Source: a virus. From it: DNA of 64,000 bases. The stretch is from the IMG/VR virus record IMGVR_UViG_3300045988_118131. One strand, 5' to 3'. Below the pieces are notes generated by a model. That model was not told the DNA's origin. It saw nothing but the letters and a program-made list of their open reading frames with translations, and did no database searches. The stretch's first letter is position 1. Every line of letters begins with the position of its first letter. Positions 34,770 to 47,142 of the stretch are shown here, one piece after another. A program made the translations under genes and the position numbers.

Positions 34770-37700
34770 CTATACAGCTATTATTTCTTTAAAACTATTA
34801 ACATCTTTTGATTCTGTTAATTCACCTCTAAAAGCAAGACGTGAACCTTTAGTATAGCTTATAGAGGTTGTAGTGTCGTTAGCATATGTATATGCTATGC
34901 TACCATTACCCTCAACTGCGTGCGCTCCAGAACGGGATAGGATTATTTCTTTACTCCCTAGAGTGTAATAGTAAGCACAGTAATTTTCTCCCAGTTGTTC
35001 TTGACTCTGTATAGAAGTAGGTATTACATCAAAGAATGGTCCTTTTTCAGCTTGTATATGTGATATATAGCCCATAGAACTATATGCTTTGACTGTTCTA
35101 ACAGAGTTGTCTAGATTAGTTATACTCCAAACATTATTATTAATAATAACACCTTTTACATATTCCTCAAGACCTCCAAATACTCCTTCTATACCTCTAA
35201 AGTTTACCCATCCAGAAGAGGCTTTTTCTGTGTCTCTATTTCCTAAAGCATCAGTCCCTCCTGTTTTAGTATTATATTCTGCCCCACCAATTCCTAGAAC
35301 AGCTTGTGAGTGTCTATTTCTATATTTAGCATAGAACAACATAGCTATTTGACAATGCTGATAATAGTCAATAATCTGATATCCAGTTCCTCTAGATTCT
35401 GAGTAGGTAGTAGCATTATTAAATGAAATATCGCCTTTAGGAGTTACTCCACTTCTACTGTATAATTTCTTACTTGATACATATCCTTTATATGCTCCAA
35501 TCAATGAAGCAGGAACGTGTATTCAATCTTCCCCTAAGTTTACACGAGAAAATCTATATGCAAACTTAGCACCTCCTAAATTTTCATAATGGTAATAATA
35601 CTCTGGCAAATACACCATTACATCACCTTCTGTACCATCAGTTTTAGCCACAGAACCATCAAAATATTTTAATCTAGTATTTTCATCTAGTCTTATAAAT
35701 GTTCCAGCTTTATCTCCTGTTCTCTTAAACAGTACACATCCCATTTCAGAAAGTATTTGAGATATAACAGAATCCTGAGATTCCTCTCAAACATTTACTG
35801 TAGCATCTGGTACTGGTTCCGATGTCTTAGTAACATTTGCTGTAACATTATACACTTTACTTATCACAAATGTGATAGCATTGATATTGTCTAATATATC
35901 CTTTGTAACTACTGCTTTAGAATAACCATCCTTCTCAATAGTAAAGGTGTAGGAACCATTTAAAAGATGTGTAGAAATCATTCCTCCTTCAGTTGTCTCT
36001 GTAATATAGTCTAAGACTCCATCTTCAGACTGTATCCTTACTAATGCATTTGGTACTATATTTCCTGATTCTGTATTTTCTTTAACCGTTATATTTACAG
36101 TAGCTCCCTGTTCCAATACTACTTCTTTACTTAAGTCACTACTCAAATTTTCAATAATTCCTGAGTAAGGAACATAGTCTTGATGCTCTACATAAAATGT
36201 AGAATCTTTTCCTGCTCTTAGTCTTAAAGTGGCTTCTCCAGATTCATTAGTTGGTTTCAGCTTTGAAGGACTATTATTTGGAATTATTTTTGCATTTTGA
36301 ACAATTTGAGTTCTCTTATTATTGAGTGAGGCAAATGCACGCACCCTACGCACATTGCCCTTAAGAGATTTATTTAGGTCACTTTTATTTCAATGCATTG
36401 ATCAGCTGGAGCTAGAATTGCATTGCGTGCTGGTTCAATAATAATAGTCTGTTGCTATTGCTGTGCCTCCGATAAGTGACATACAAGTATCTATTTCGTC
36501 CTTGTTATTATATGCTTCCTGTCATTCACTGCACGAACCTAAATAACCTCTTTCACCATTTTTAAACAAAAAACTTTGACACCAACCAGCCGCATAGTCA
36601 GAAGTATTTCCATATTGTGCTACAATAGCGGATGAATTTTGAGCGCCTCTATAATCAGTAGTCCTTGCCATTAATGGTTCAGTAGTCGTGGTTACACCTG
36701 GTACAACATCCTGTGCCCCACCTTTACTTCATATTTGAGTACTACTATTATCTGTTGGTGCGATCACGAATTGGCATTTGCTTAACAAGACAACTACTCC
36801 TACTGCTTTGTTGTTGTTTTCGATACTCCAATTAGAGCGAGTAACGAGACTATTATCCGTATCAAGGATATATATCCCTTCTTCTGTACTTCCTTGAAAT
36901 GGGAGAAAGGTAAAAGGCAAAACTTTAAAACTGCTATTTTTAACTGGTTGAAGAGATTTTCCATCTTGCCAATAAAGAGCCGCGTTATTAGTAGGTCCAA
37001 ACTGGGTACATGTTTGAATATATTGGCTCCCCCATAAAGAAAGACCCAATGTACGCAAAATCTCTTCCACCTGTGTTCTGTAAGAATACAAAATATTTAC
37101 CTCACCAAATGAAGGTAAATAACCACTTTGTCCATTCCCAAACGCATATGTCTTAGCATATTTTGCCGCAAGTGCGTTGTCAATTCCTAAAGCAGATATT
37201 ATCACATCAGTGTAAATAAACCCATGTGTTGCTTTACTTAAGTTTGAGATTGGTATACCAGAACTTAACAACGGTACATTGGGAATCAAAGTGTCTCGCC
37301 CACCAAAAGGATAGCTTTGGGCACTTATGGCTGTCGATACCATAAACGAATTAGTATCAGTTGAAATACCTATACCACATACATCAGATGTTCCCTTACC
37401 AGATAATGCCCATTCCTCTTTTGTGTAACGATTATCGTCTTTATCATAGATATACACACCATTTGGAACAGGATTGTATTCATAGGTGCAGAAAGGACGA
37501 GAATTACAAGGATTGGTTTTAGCATAACCACTGGGTGCAGAATCACCCCAATAAGCACTCCAAGCGGCCTGTTCGTTATATTGTGTCGAAGTCCAGAATA
37601 TAGCACTGCCAATAATAGCTCCACCTGCTATGCTTATTGAACCATTTATAATGGTTCTATTTAGTCGGGCTACATTCCACTGTCCACAAGAAGGCAAAAA

Positions 37701-38216
37701 TCAAGAACCCGCGCCAAATCCTTCTGTAGAATAAGCTGCACACTTATGAGCCGCCGTGTCTTCCGTTGGTTTCGTAAGTATGATATTTTGAGAATTTGTC
37801 TTACCTGCAAAATCACAAAGAGCTAAAGAAGTGTTTGTTTCAGTTGTAACATCAGGAATAAGGCTATTCGTAGAGGACCAGTAATCACTTTGTACGTTTT
37901 GCAAAGCAATAAAGTCAAAATCCTTGCTTCTTACATCAGTAATAACCCCGACACATGTTTTAGTTTCACTTAAATTTGTACTTCAAGTTTTATCACTATA
38001 TACAAAATCTCCAACTTTTGGTCTAAAAATTAATTCATGTTTTTCTCTACCCTTAACATTAAAATCTACAGCCCAGGTATTATTTATATGTTCTCCATTA
38101 TATTTAACTCATAAGTTTTCTGGAGATTCAAATATTCCATTTCGTTTAATCATAGGCTCATAGGGAACCCATGAGCCATTATGATTAATATATTGTTCTA
38201 TTATCTTAGTTGTCAT
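34770..38216 (-). CDS. large fiber/adhesin protein (1148 aa) with three non-diversified DUF1566/CLec-like modules
   Basis: Track ORFs 37701..37904, 36729..37697, 35787..36353, 35523..35744 and 34770..35504 share one frame. The gaps were translated and contain only TGA (38109, 37983, 37701, 36729, 36522, 36435, 36402, 36390, 35787, 35523). ATG at 38216, TAG at 34770. Confidence 0.75.
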
Positions 38217-38219
38217 ATG

Positions 38220-39656
38220 TTATTGAGTTACAATTTGAAACCATATATCTCCATCTTTTCCTCCAGATGGCTCATCAGCTGAAACTGTTATTACTGGAAC
38301 TTTAGAATTAACTTCTTCTTTTGCATAGTAATTAGATAAATCTATAGAAGTATTTCCTATCAACTCAAATTTCGAGCCATCCCAAATGTATTCGTTATAA
38401 ACATCTTGACCTGATCCAGACTTAGAAACTAAGTATAAAACATTGCTATCTCCAGTTTGAGGTAATGATTCCACTTTCTTTACTTCAAACTGATGTACTT
38501 TAGCTATCTCTCCATCTACATAAGTTTTTGTAGTATAATTAGAGTCATTGGATAGCTGGCTTGTCTTTGTTGGAATAGTAGGTTTATTTAATATCTCAGC
38601 AGCATTTCCTGCAGATGCATTCCAATCTGGCTTTATATTAACTTGAGCACCTTCTTCTATTCCGTCTAATTTATTCTTTAGTGGATTAGTAAAATCGTTG
38701 GTAGATAGTCCCTTTCCAGGAACTTTAGTTTGGAACAATTCATTAGACTCTTCTTTAGTATAGCTTTCTACTACCTCAGATTCAGATAAATCTACCCAGA
38801 TAGGAACTTTAGTTTCAGGTTTAACACCGCTTGAAGTGTGAACTTCTTCTGGAATAGCTACTGCCTTTCCAGAAATTTCTATAGGCTCCCCAGCAAATGT
38901 TATAGATTCAATTTTATTTACCTGAGCTTTAGCTTCAATACCTTGAAGTTTGGTGAAGTTTTCACTAGACATTAGCCCGGCTTCTGTTGTACTAGCCATA
39001 GAAGAAGTTCCTCCTAGAGGATCCCAGTCAGTTCCTGTTCATGCATAGTTAATATCAGTTTTAACAACATTTCAAACATCACCTACTTCATTACTTTGAG
39101 TTGGAAGATCTTGATAAGTAGGTTTAGAACCTTTGTATTTATAAACACCAGGAATATTAACTCCCTCTATGAGATCGTTTACTTCAGTCTTTGTATATAT
39201 ATCTGGCTTATTTAATATTTTAGCCCCTCCAGACTCAGCATTCCAATCAGCTTGTGCTAATCCATCTAGCTTTGTTTTATCTTCTTTAGACATTAGACCA
39301 TCTAAAGAAGGAGATGCCAATTCTGTTGTTCCCTCAACTAGTCCCCACTTGGCTCTTCCATCTGAGATGTCAAATAATTTGTAAAATCTGTATTCTTGTT
39401 TATCTGTATCGTAAAATCTGCATTCGTCTCCTATTCTATATTTATAGTTTGTTCCTTCTAGATTGTAGCTAAGTAGCGACTCTCCAGGAATATTGGATAC
39501 TGTCACAATTTCAGACATTGGGTAATAAACTCCCTGAGTCCAAATTTCTCTAGTGTCCTCAATAAATGCAATAGAGTCTGGTTTTACCTCGGATGCAGAT
39601 AACTTAGCTTCGAATCCAGCTTTTGTCTTCGCTTGAATAAATAATGTTTCTATCAT
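38220..39656 (-). CDS. tail fiber protein (478 aa)
   Basis: Track ORFs 39072..39656 and 38220..38999 joined through TGA at 39072 and 39039. N-terminal IAFIEDTREIWTQGVYY adaptor motif. PTKTSQLSNDSNY fiber motif. Confidence 0.7.
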
Positions 39657-39660
39657 ATTA

Positions 39661-40005
39661 TTAAGTTATTGTAGTCCAATTTGTGTTATCAATAATGCCT
39701 CCAACTATGACTCCTCCTGAATCGGTTATAGTTGTTCATGCTACATCAGGACCTCTAGTAATCATAGCATGAAGCTTACTTATAGCAGTTTCAAAACTAT
39801 CTCCGGGCTGAGGTTGAGAGTTGTCTTTAGATGGTCCATAGTCTTCTCCAAGTATTCCATCATAGTCATAGAACTCGCCGTGAGTGTATATTTGTCGAGT
39901 GTCTTTGATAAAAACAATACTAGTGTCTAAGATATTTCCAGATTCCAGCTTCTCCTTAAATTTAGAGAATGTTTTGAAATGAATAAACCTCTTTTCAATA
40001 GCCAT
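39661..40005 (-). CDS. small fiber-adaptor-like protein (114 aa)
   Basis: Track ORF 39736..40005 extended through TGA at 39736 to TAA at 39661. N-terminus SIVFIKDTRQIYTHGEFY is shared with neighbouring fibers. Confidence 0.6.
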
Positions 40006-40020
40006 TGTACTAGTATATTT

Positions 40021-40047
40021 AAAATGAGAGGAGAATTAACCCCTCTC
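40021..40047 (-). terminator. rho-independent terminator after long fiber gene
   Basis: Minus-strand stem GAGAGGGG/CTCCTCTC with loop TTAATT, followed by ATTTT. Confidence 0.55.
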
Positions 40048-40049
40048 TG

Positions 40050-42842
40050 TTAGTCTTCTTCACCTCATTCTAGTAGAGATTCCGCGAACTTTTTAGCTCC
40101 TTTAATAGTTTCGGAATCTTTAGTATCTCCGTTAGTTCCTTTAAGTTCTGTTTTTGCTGCTTTTACTTTGAAGTCCACTGAACCGTTTACAGTGTCATTA
40201 CCGTTTAACTTAGTAATGGCAGCTTCATTAGCTGTGACACGTTCTTCTAATTCTGTAGTACTTGTAGCATTTTCCTTTATCTTATCTTCTAATTTCTTTA
40301 AAGTATTATAGTCAGCCGAAGCTCCACCTTTTATACCTGCTATGGCATCAGTGTTAACCTTAATTTGTGCGTCTAGTTTAACATCGGCATCATTTAAACT
40401 AGTAGCGTCGGCTATATAATTTGATTCTGAATTAGCTACATAAGTATCTGTAGACTGTCCAGTAACTGCTTTTCTTGCATTATCTGCATCAGTGCCAGCT
40501 TTTTTAGCGTCAGCAATAGCTGAGTCAATTGCAGACTGGTTTTTAAGTCCTGTTAATTTAGCAATCTCTGTATCTAATACCAAAGATTTACCTACTTCCT
40601 TATCTACTTTTTTGTCTAAAGCTGTCTGAGTAGCTGTAGAAACAGGAAGATCAGCAGGAGCTAGGTTTTCTACACTACCTAAACCTACTTGTTCTTTTGT
40701 TACTTCGTGAGGATTATCTGTGTCAGCTACGTGAGTATTTAATTTATCAGTAGTAGCTTTCCCTTTGCTACCTTCATAGGCAGTTCCAGCAACTTCTCCT
40801 AATACTAGATTACCAGAAGTAATTTGAATAAGACCTGATGTGTCTCCACCCCAACGATATTGCTTGTTACCATCAGCTACAGCAATATAAATCTTTCCAG
40901 CTTCTGGAGTTGTTCCAGCATCCACTGCTGTTGTGTAAGTAGCTTTAAATAATTTCTTCTCTGCAGTAGCATAGAATAATTGTCCTACTACTAAGCCAGA
41001 TGTTGGAATATTAGCTTTCGCAGCTACAACTTTCTGAATTTCAATTACGTCATCAACGTAACTTGGAAGTTGAGTAGAAGGAACTTTACCATCAGCACCA
41101 AGACTTGCAACACCGTCTGCCTGACCTATCTTAGAGCTGTCAATCTTAGAATCTACAAGCTCTTTTAATACTTTACCTTGTTCTGCAGATAGAGCTTTAT
41201 CGGCACCACCAGTAGTTAAATCATTTACAATCTGGATAATAGTTTGATTTCCGACGTCAACACGTTGCCATCCAGAATAGTCTCCTGAAGTAATTTTAGA
41301 AACATCTTTTAGAATATATACTGCAGGTTTACCTTCATCGTCAGCAACTACTACCATCATACCTTTATAGTAGTTCTTACCGGAGTAAGTACTAGCTGCA
41401 ATAAGGTCTGCCTTTGTAGGAACTAGAGAACGAGCATCTAGAGGAGCTTGACCTCCTGGCTCAAAGTTAACAGCGAATGCAGCAACACCCGCAGGACGAT
41501 TACCAGTAGCAGCAACAGCCATAGGTTCACTGTCCATAAACGGAACAGTTGTGCTATTCATAGCAACCTTACGGAATACTTCGTCAGTTATTTCCTCACC
41601 TTCATATGTATATGGTTCAGAATTTAGCATTCTTGAAACATTAGCAACAGTAAATCTTAACTGTAGTGCTCCAGATAAAGCTCCTTGTGTAGTTAATTTC
41701 TTATATGCTACATCATTGCCTTGAACTGATATATTCCCTGCATCAGAAATTACATAGTTGGCTGAACTAAATACTTCCCATTTACCAGATACGGTATTAA
41801 AGAATTCTACTTTAGTTACATTCTTTTGAGAAGGGAATTTAAATTCAAGACGTGTTCCAGTAGAAGCTTCAGAAGCAAATTTAGCTCCGATTAAAGTATC
41901 AGTCCATTTTTTTAACGGAAGTTTAGTATCTGGAGTAGGACCAGACGGCATACTACTTTCTCCGTTACCTGTAGAAGCATTAGCTCCGTTACAAAAATAT
42001 GGATAAGTACCAAAGATTGAAGTGCTTGCTGTTACACTGCCTGCAGGTAGTGGGTTGGGAGTTACACTAGCTTTATTACCTTTAGATGTTAACAAGGTAT
42101 CACCTTGACCGTAGTTAACAGTTAGGTTATAAGTCATTTGTCCTAATGTGACTTTTTGGGAGGCGTCTAAGGCAGCAGAACCTAATTTGATGCTACGACC
42201 AGTTTCTGCACCAGCACGGTTTTTATTTGCTTGCCCTACTACAGTACAAGTACCTCTATTAAATGACACGTTAAAATCACTTTCGGCTCCAGGAGCTGCC
42301 TGTCCAACTTCATAAATACCATTAGAAGCCCAACTACCTTTAGGAGAGATTGAACATGATGGGTTTTGAACAGTAGGCTGAATTTCTTCAAAAAGAATAT
42401 CATCAAAAATTTGGGACAGTGTCTTTTTCTCCAAATCTGATACCTTTGTGCCTTTAGCTAAACCACCATGTTTTTCTGGAGTAGTTAATTCATCAGGTAA
42501 TTCTGATGTGTACATCAAATTAGCAGAAAGTGTGTCGTCAATACTATCTAATTTAGCTTTATCTGCTGCAGACATCAAACCTGCCTGTTGTGTGGTAGCT
42601 GTAGCAATAGTAATTGTGTGTTGATCTCCACTAGCATCCGTAAATTGAATAGACCCATTATCTCCAAGCTCTACTGATACTAATGATTTTTTAAGTTTCT
42701 CGGCTAAGGTTCCGTCTATTCCATAGACCTTACCGTTCATTAAAATTTCGCTGGTGTCTTGAGCGAAATAGACTGCATCTAGATGCTTACTAGCAGCATC
42801 ATAGGAATTTTTACTTCCTCTAAAAAATTTAACTCTCGCCAT
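40050..42842 (-). CDS. long tail fiber protein (930 aa)
   Basis: Track ORF 40065..42863 (TTG). I prefer the ATG at 42842 (MARVKFFRGS...AVYFAQDTSEILMNGKVYG adaptor motif). TGA at 40065 is followed by a 4-codon tail to TAA at 40050. Confidence 0.75.
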
Positions 42843-42855
42843 AAAATTTTTAAAT

Positions 42856-43833
42856 TTAATCAATTACGTCGTGTCAATCTATACTTACATATAATCCATC
42901 ATTTTCATCTGTCAACAAATTACCCTCTTTAGAGGATATACTAACAGTTGAAGACATTTTAGCTAATGATATATAATATGTATGTACTATATGTTCATCT
43001 AATGTACTATACAATTTATAAAATAAAATATAATAATTTCCACCCTTATTAACTGGGTTTGAGACTGAGTCGTATTTCTTTCAATCTACATAATTAGGAG
43101 GATATTGTTGTATTTGTTCTTCTGTTATGTTTTCTATATACAATCCATAGAGTAACTCCTTGTTAGGAGACTGAAATTTACCCAATAAGTTCTCCTCAGA
43201 TATGGATTTTCCGTATAGTTTTATAAACTCTCCATCTCTTATAACTTGTATATTACCAGTCAGACCTTCTGTATCTATTGATATAATCTTATTATCCTTA
43301 ACTTTTACATCAGCAGAAACTACATTATCTTGGCTAGTAGAGAAGACTATTGTGTTCGTACTTTTAAACGTACAAATTTCGGCTATTTTTTCTAGATTAA
43401 CAAATATTTTATAGCCACTCTTAAAATACATTATAAGAATAGTATCTCCTTCTTCTATTTCTACTCCAGTTTTAGCTGCTTCTAATACATCCTCTGCGGT
43501 AGCTTTGCGAGTTATACTACTAGTAATATAATCTCCTGTTTCTACTCAAATAGTGCTTATTATCTCGTTTTTTAGATTTCTAAGATATATAGGTCTTCTG
43601 TTATCGACAATCTCCCCATATTCCAACTTAGCTCCAAGTTTGTCTATTTTATCTACTTGAGATTTATAAGAATCTGTAAAATTATTATCTGTATGAACGT
43701 ATTCTGGATCCACTATGTATCCAGAATCGTTCTCTAACTCGCTTAATTTAGTAGGAATCTTTACTCTTTTTTTGATTGTCATGCACCCTCTAGTTGTGGT
43801 AACTACAATTGTATTATCGTCATTAATTTCCAT
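42856..43833 (-). CDS. fiber-associated protein (325 aa)
   Basis: Track ORFs 43546..43839 and 43081..43431 plus a downstream tail are in one frame. TGA at 43546, 43081 and 42874. ATG at 43833, TAA at 42856. Motif PTKLSELENDSGY...HTDNNFT. Confidence 0.65.
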
Positions 43834-43851
43834 TCTCAACTAAATTTTAAG

Positions 43852-46257
43852 TTATTCTACAGTTGTTCAATCTAAACTAGATTTCAACTTATTTAGATCA
43901 TTTTTGTTTTCAGTAGTAAAATCCTCAGTTGATAGTCCTTTCCCTTCAATTTTATCAACCTTACCATTTAAAGAAGAAACATCCGCTTTAGATTCTAATT
44001 CTGCTTTAGTAGCCAATCCTGAAACATCCGGAATTTCTGTATCACTTGGAAGTGCTCCAACTTCTTGAGCTGTATATTGAGGCTTATTAGGTTGTTTAGC
44101 CCATTCTGGAACTGTTGGGTCAGATTCTTGTTTAATAAAAATATCGTCTAATACTTTTCAAGTTCCTTCCTGTCTGCCATAATATCTACTATCTTTTGGA
44201 GCGTCTTTTATGTAACTAGAATCATGATTATGAGTAGTGATATCTCCGGTTAATACGTTTTCTACCTTTTCTTTAGTAAGTTCATAATCACTACTTACTG
44301 AGATATTAGTATTAACATAATCATTTTCTTCTCAACTCCAAACTCACCAAGTTCCTCCTTGTATTTTAGGAGACTTACCAGGCTCCCCAGATGGCAATAC
44401 AAAGTCAAATATAGCTTCATGCTCATTACCTGAATTAGTTACCTTAGCCGATTCGCCTTCAGTAACAGTTCCTACTTTGATAGTAGCAGCATCTCCCCTA
44501 GGTAATACAAAGTCAAATATTGCTGCACTTGAAGTCCCAGAGTTTGTTATTTTAGCAACATCTCCACTAGTTACATTTCCTACTCCAATAGTAGCTGCAT
44601 CTCCTTTATCTCCTTTAATAGTACCTACGTTACTCCACTTAGGATTAGAGCTTACATTACCTCCAGAACCTACGTAAACATAAAGTTGACCATTTATCAA
44701 GTAGGCATCTCCTGATTTACCTTCGGCTGGTAATTCAGACTCTGAATTAAGTTCTCCAATGATATTTAGTCCGCTACCAGTATCTCCTTTTGGACCTGTA
44801 GCGCTTACTCCAGTGTTAGTGTAGGAATCATTGTTTTCATCCCAAACTCACCATGTTCCCCCTTCAATTTTTGGAGGATTATCTGCAAACTCTTTAGCTC
44901 TATCAGCTTGGGTTGTAGCGTTAATTGCTGCTTGATTTGCAGATGTTGCTGCTTGGTTAGCTGTTCCAGCTGCAGTGTTAGCCCCTTCTGTAGCTGTATT
45001 AGCACTCTCTGCAGCCTGGTTTGCAGCCTCAGCTGATGATTGAGCCAAAGTAGCTTTGTCGTCTGCTAGGCTGGCTTTACTGTTAGCATTAGTAGCTGCT
45101 TGGTTTGCATTACCTGTAGCTGTATCCGCTTTGGTTGCAGCTTCAGTCGCCTTAGTTGCAGCGCTATCTGCCAATCCAGCTTTTTCATTAGCTAGAGTAG
45201 CTTTTTCATTAGCATTATTAGCAGCTTCAGTTGCTTTAGCAGTAGCAGCTTTAGCTTCTTGTATAGCCTGATTTGTAGTTTCTACAGCATTATTAGCATT
45301 GTCAGCAGCAGTTTGTGCTAATATAGCCTTTTTATTAGCCTCTTCTGCCGCTTCTGTAGCTGCTATTGTTTCATTTTTAGCTGCTAGAGTATCCTGTCTA
45401 ACTTGATCAGTTTCATTTTTTACATTAGTAGTTTCAGAAATAATTTGATTAGTCTTCTGTTCTCTAGCAGCTTCTTGCTGTTCTCTTATAGTTTCTTGAG
45501 ATTTCCTAAGTTCTTCTGACTGTCTAGCTTCTCTCTCAAATTCTCTTAAATCAGAGGTAGCCTGAATAGCAGCGCTTGCAGCAGCCTTAGCCTCCTTAGC
45601 AGCATCTTTACTGTCTTTACTCAAAGATTCTAGCCATTCTTCTTCAGTGCCTCCAAATCCATGCTGTACTGCTATTTGATATGCGGAAAGTCCAGTAACA
45701 CCAGTAGCTCCAGATAAGTCTGTTATGAATTTCCAAGATTCTTCAGCCTTCATATATAGTCTAGAGTTTTCTGGATCTTCTATATCCTCAGTATTTATGA
45801 CTACAAACTCTCCAACTAGTACGTCTGGACTATTAAAGTTGTCCTCCATTTCTTGAACAGAAGAATAGGTTCTTTTTATAACAAATGAGTCCCCAATAGC
45901 TTTAATTCCAGTATTCTCATATCTACCAGTATCAATATTATAAAACCACCAATAGTCATTAACTATTTTAGGAGGATTTTCGTTTAATGTCTCTGAAATA
46001 TCTGCAGCTGCGTTAGCTCTGTCTGCAGCATTTTTAGCATCTTCTACAGCCTGAGGCAGGTCTTTATTTTGATCTAATATCTCTTTATATTCATCTGTAA
46101 AATTGTTATCAGTATGCTGATATTGAGCATCTCTGATAAAATTCATATCGTTCTCCAGCTCACTTAATTTAGTTGGAATTTGGTAGTCCTCTGGACTAGT
46201 GTAACAACTTCTACTTGAAGTTAATATACCAGTGCCATCAAAAAATTCTTTACTCAT
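43852..46257 (-). CDS. tail fiber with Ala/Asn/Thr-rich coiled coil and tandem FDFVLP repeats (801 aa)
   Basis: Track ORFs 44848..46257 and 44344..44700 share a frame. The gaps were translated and contain only TGA (44848, 44344, 44332, 44158, 43867). TAA at 43852. Confidence 0.75.
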
Positions 46258-46412
46258 GCAACAATGTAGAAGCTATATAGTTACTATTTTTAATATCTGG
46301 ATATAACTCTATTAAGCATACAATATTCATTAAATCATTGTATTTTATTTTATATCCCTTTTCTAGCCTCTTAACTAAGTGATCGAAATCATGTATAGCT
46401 TTTCTTTTAAGC

Positions 46413-47141
46413 TTATTTATTACACCCACAGCCAGAAATATTTAAAGTATCATTGTTAAGTTTTTTACATAAGCCATTACAGTAATTTAATTTACTTAAT
46501 CTTACTGTGGCTCCTTCTAAATCTCCAAACTCTACTGAATATTTAATTATATTAATTGCCATTCATAGTACATCTCTATTAAATGTTAACTCACTTAGTT
46601 GATCGCTTTCACATCGTAAATTAATAGAGAGTAACTTCTCTGCAAGTAAAATATAACAATGCATTAAATAAAATATAGAAAAATGATTTTGACAAGCTAC
46701 TGAAATAGTTGTGTTTAAAGGATTTCTTTCTAATATTTCTTCAATACATATCTCTGTAGTAACGGCATCTTTATATTTATAGAACTTTTCATTATCAATA
46801 TAATATACAGTATCATAAGTATATATCATTCCTCCATCCTCTAATGCCTTATCAAACCACTCCTTAGTTGGAAGAACTATATGGTGTACATCATACCAAC
46901 CGTCTTCTTTTATTTCGAATACATTAGACAGATCTATATCTGATATAAATACTCTTAATATCTTGGTTTCATTAACCGCATTAAATCTAACAACATCTAT
47001 ACTCTTAACCTCTGACCTTTTAAACCTTTGAAACACTGGAGTAGAGGAATCTTCTGGGAGGAAATCTGTCGTAGCATCACTTATTCTAATAGCACAACTT
47101 TTTTCTCCTCCCAGTTTACAAATGTTTAATTTTACTTCCAT
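46413..47141 (-). CDS. hypothetical protein (242 aa), Cys-rich C-terminus
   Basis: Track ORF 46563..47141 extended through TGA at 46563 to TAA at 46413. Tail ends ...YCNGLCKK...ISGCGCNK. Confidence 0.55.
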
Positions 47142-47142
47142 A

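Noticed and set aside
36354-36728. A possible second VR in the paralogous lectin-like module.
   Set aside because: The similarity to the target is at protein level only, with no nucleotide match to the TR.
45056-45271. Plus-strand Ala/Leu-rich ORF, and many other plus-strand track ORFs between 2571 and 54173.
   Set aside because: They run antisense to long, well-supported minus-strand CDS and have low-complexity composition, so they are shadow ORFs.
44900-45450. GCT/GCA-rich periodic stretch that looked like a tandem repeat or repeat array.
   Set aside because: It is in frame within the 43852-46257 fiber and encodes an Ala/Asn/Thr-rich coiled coil. There is no repeat-spacer structure.
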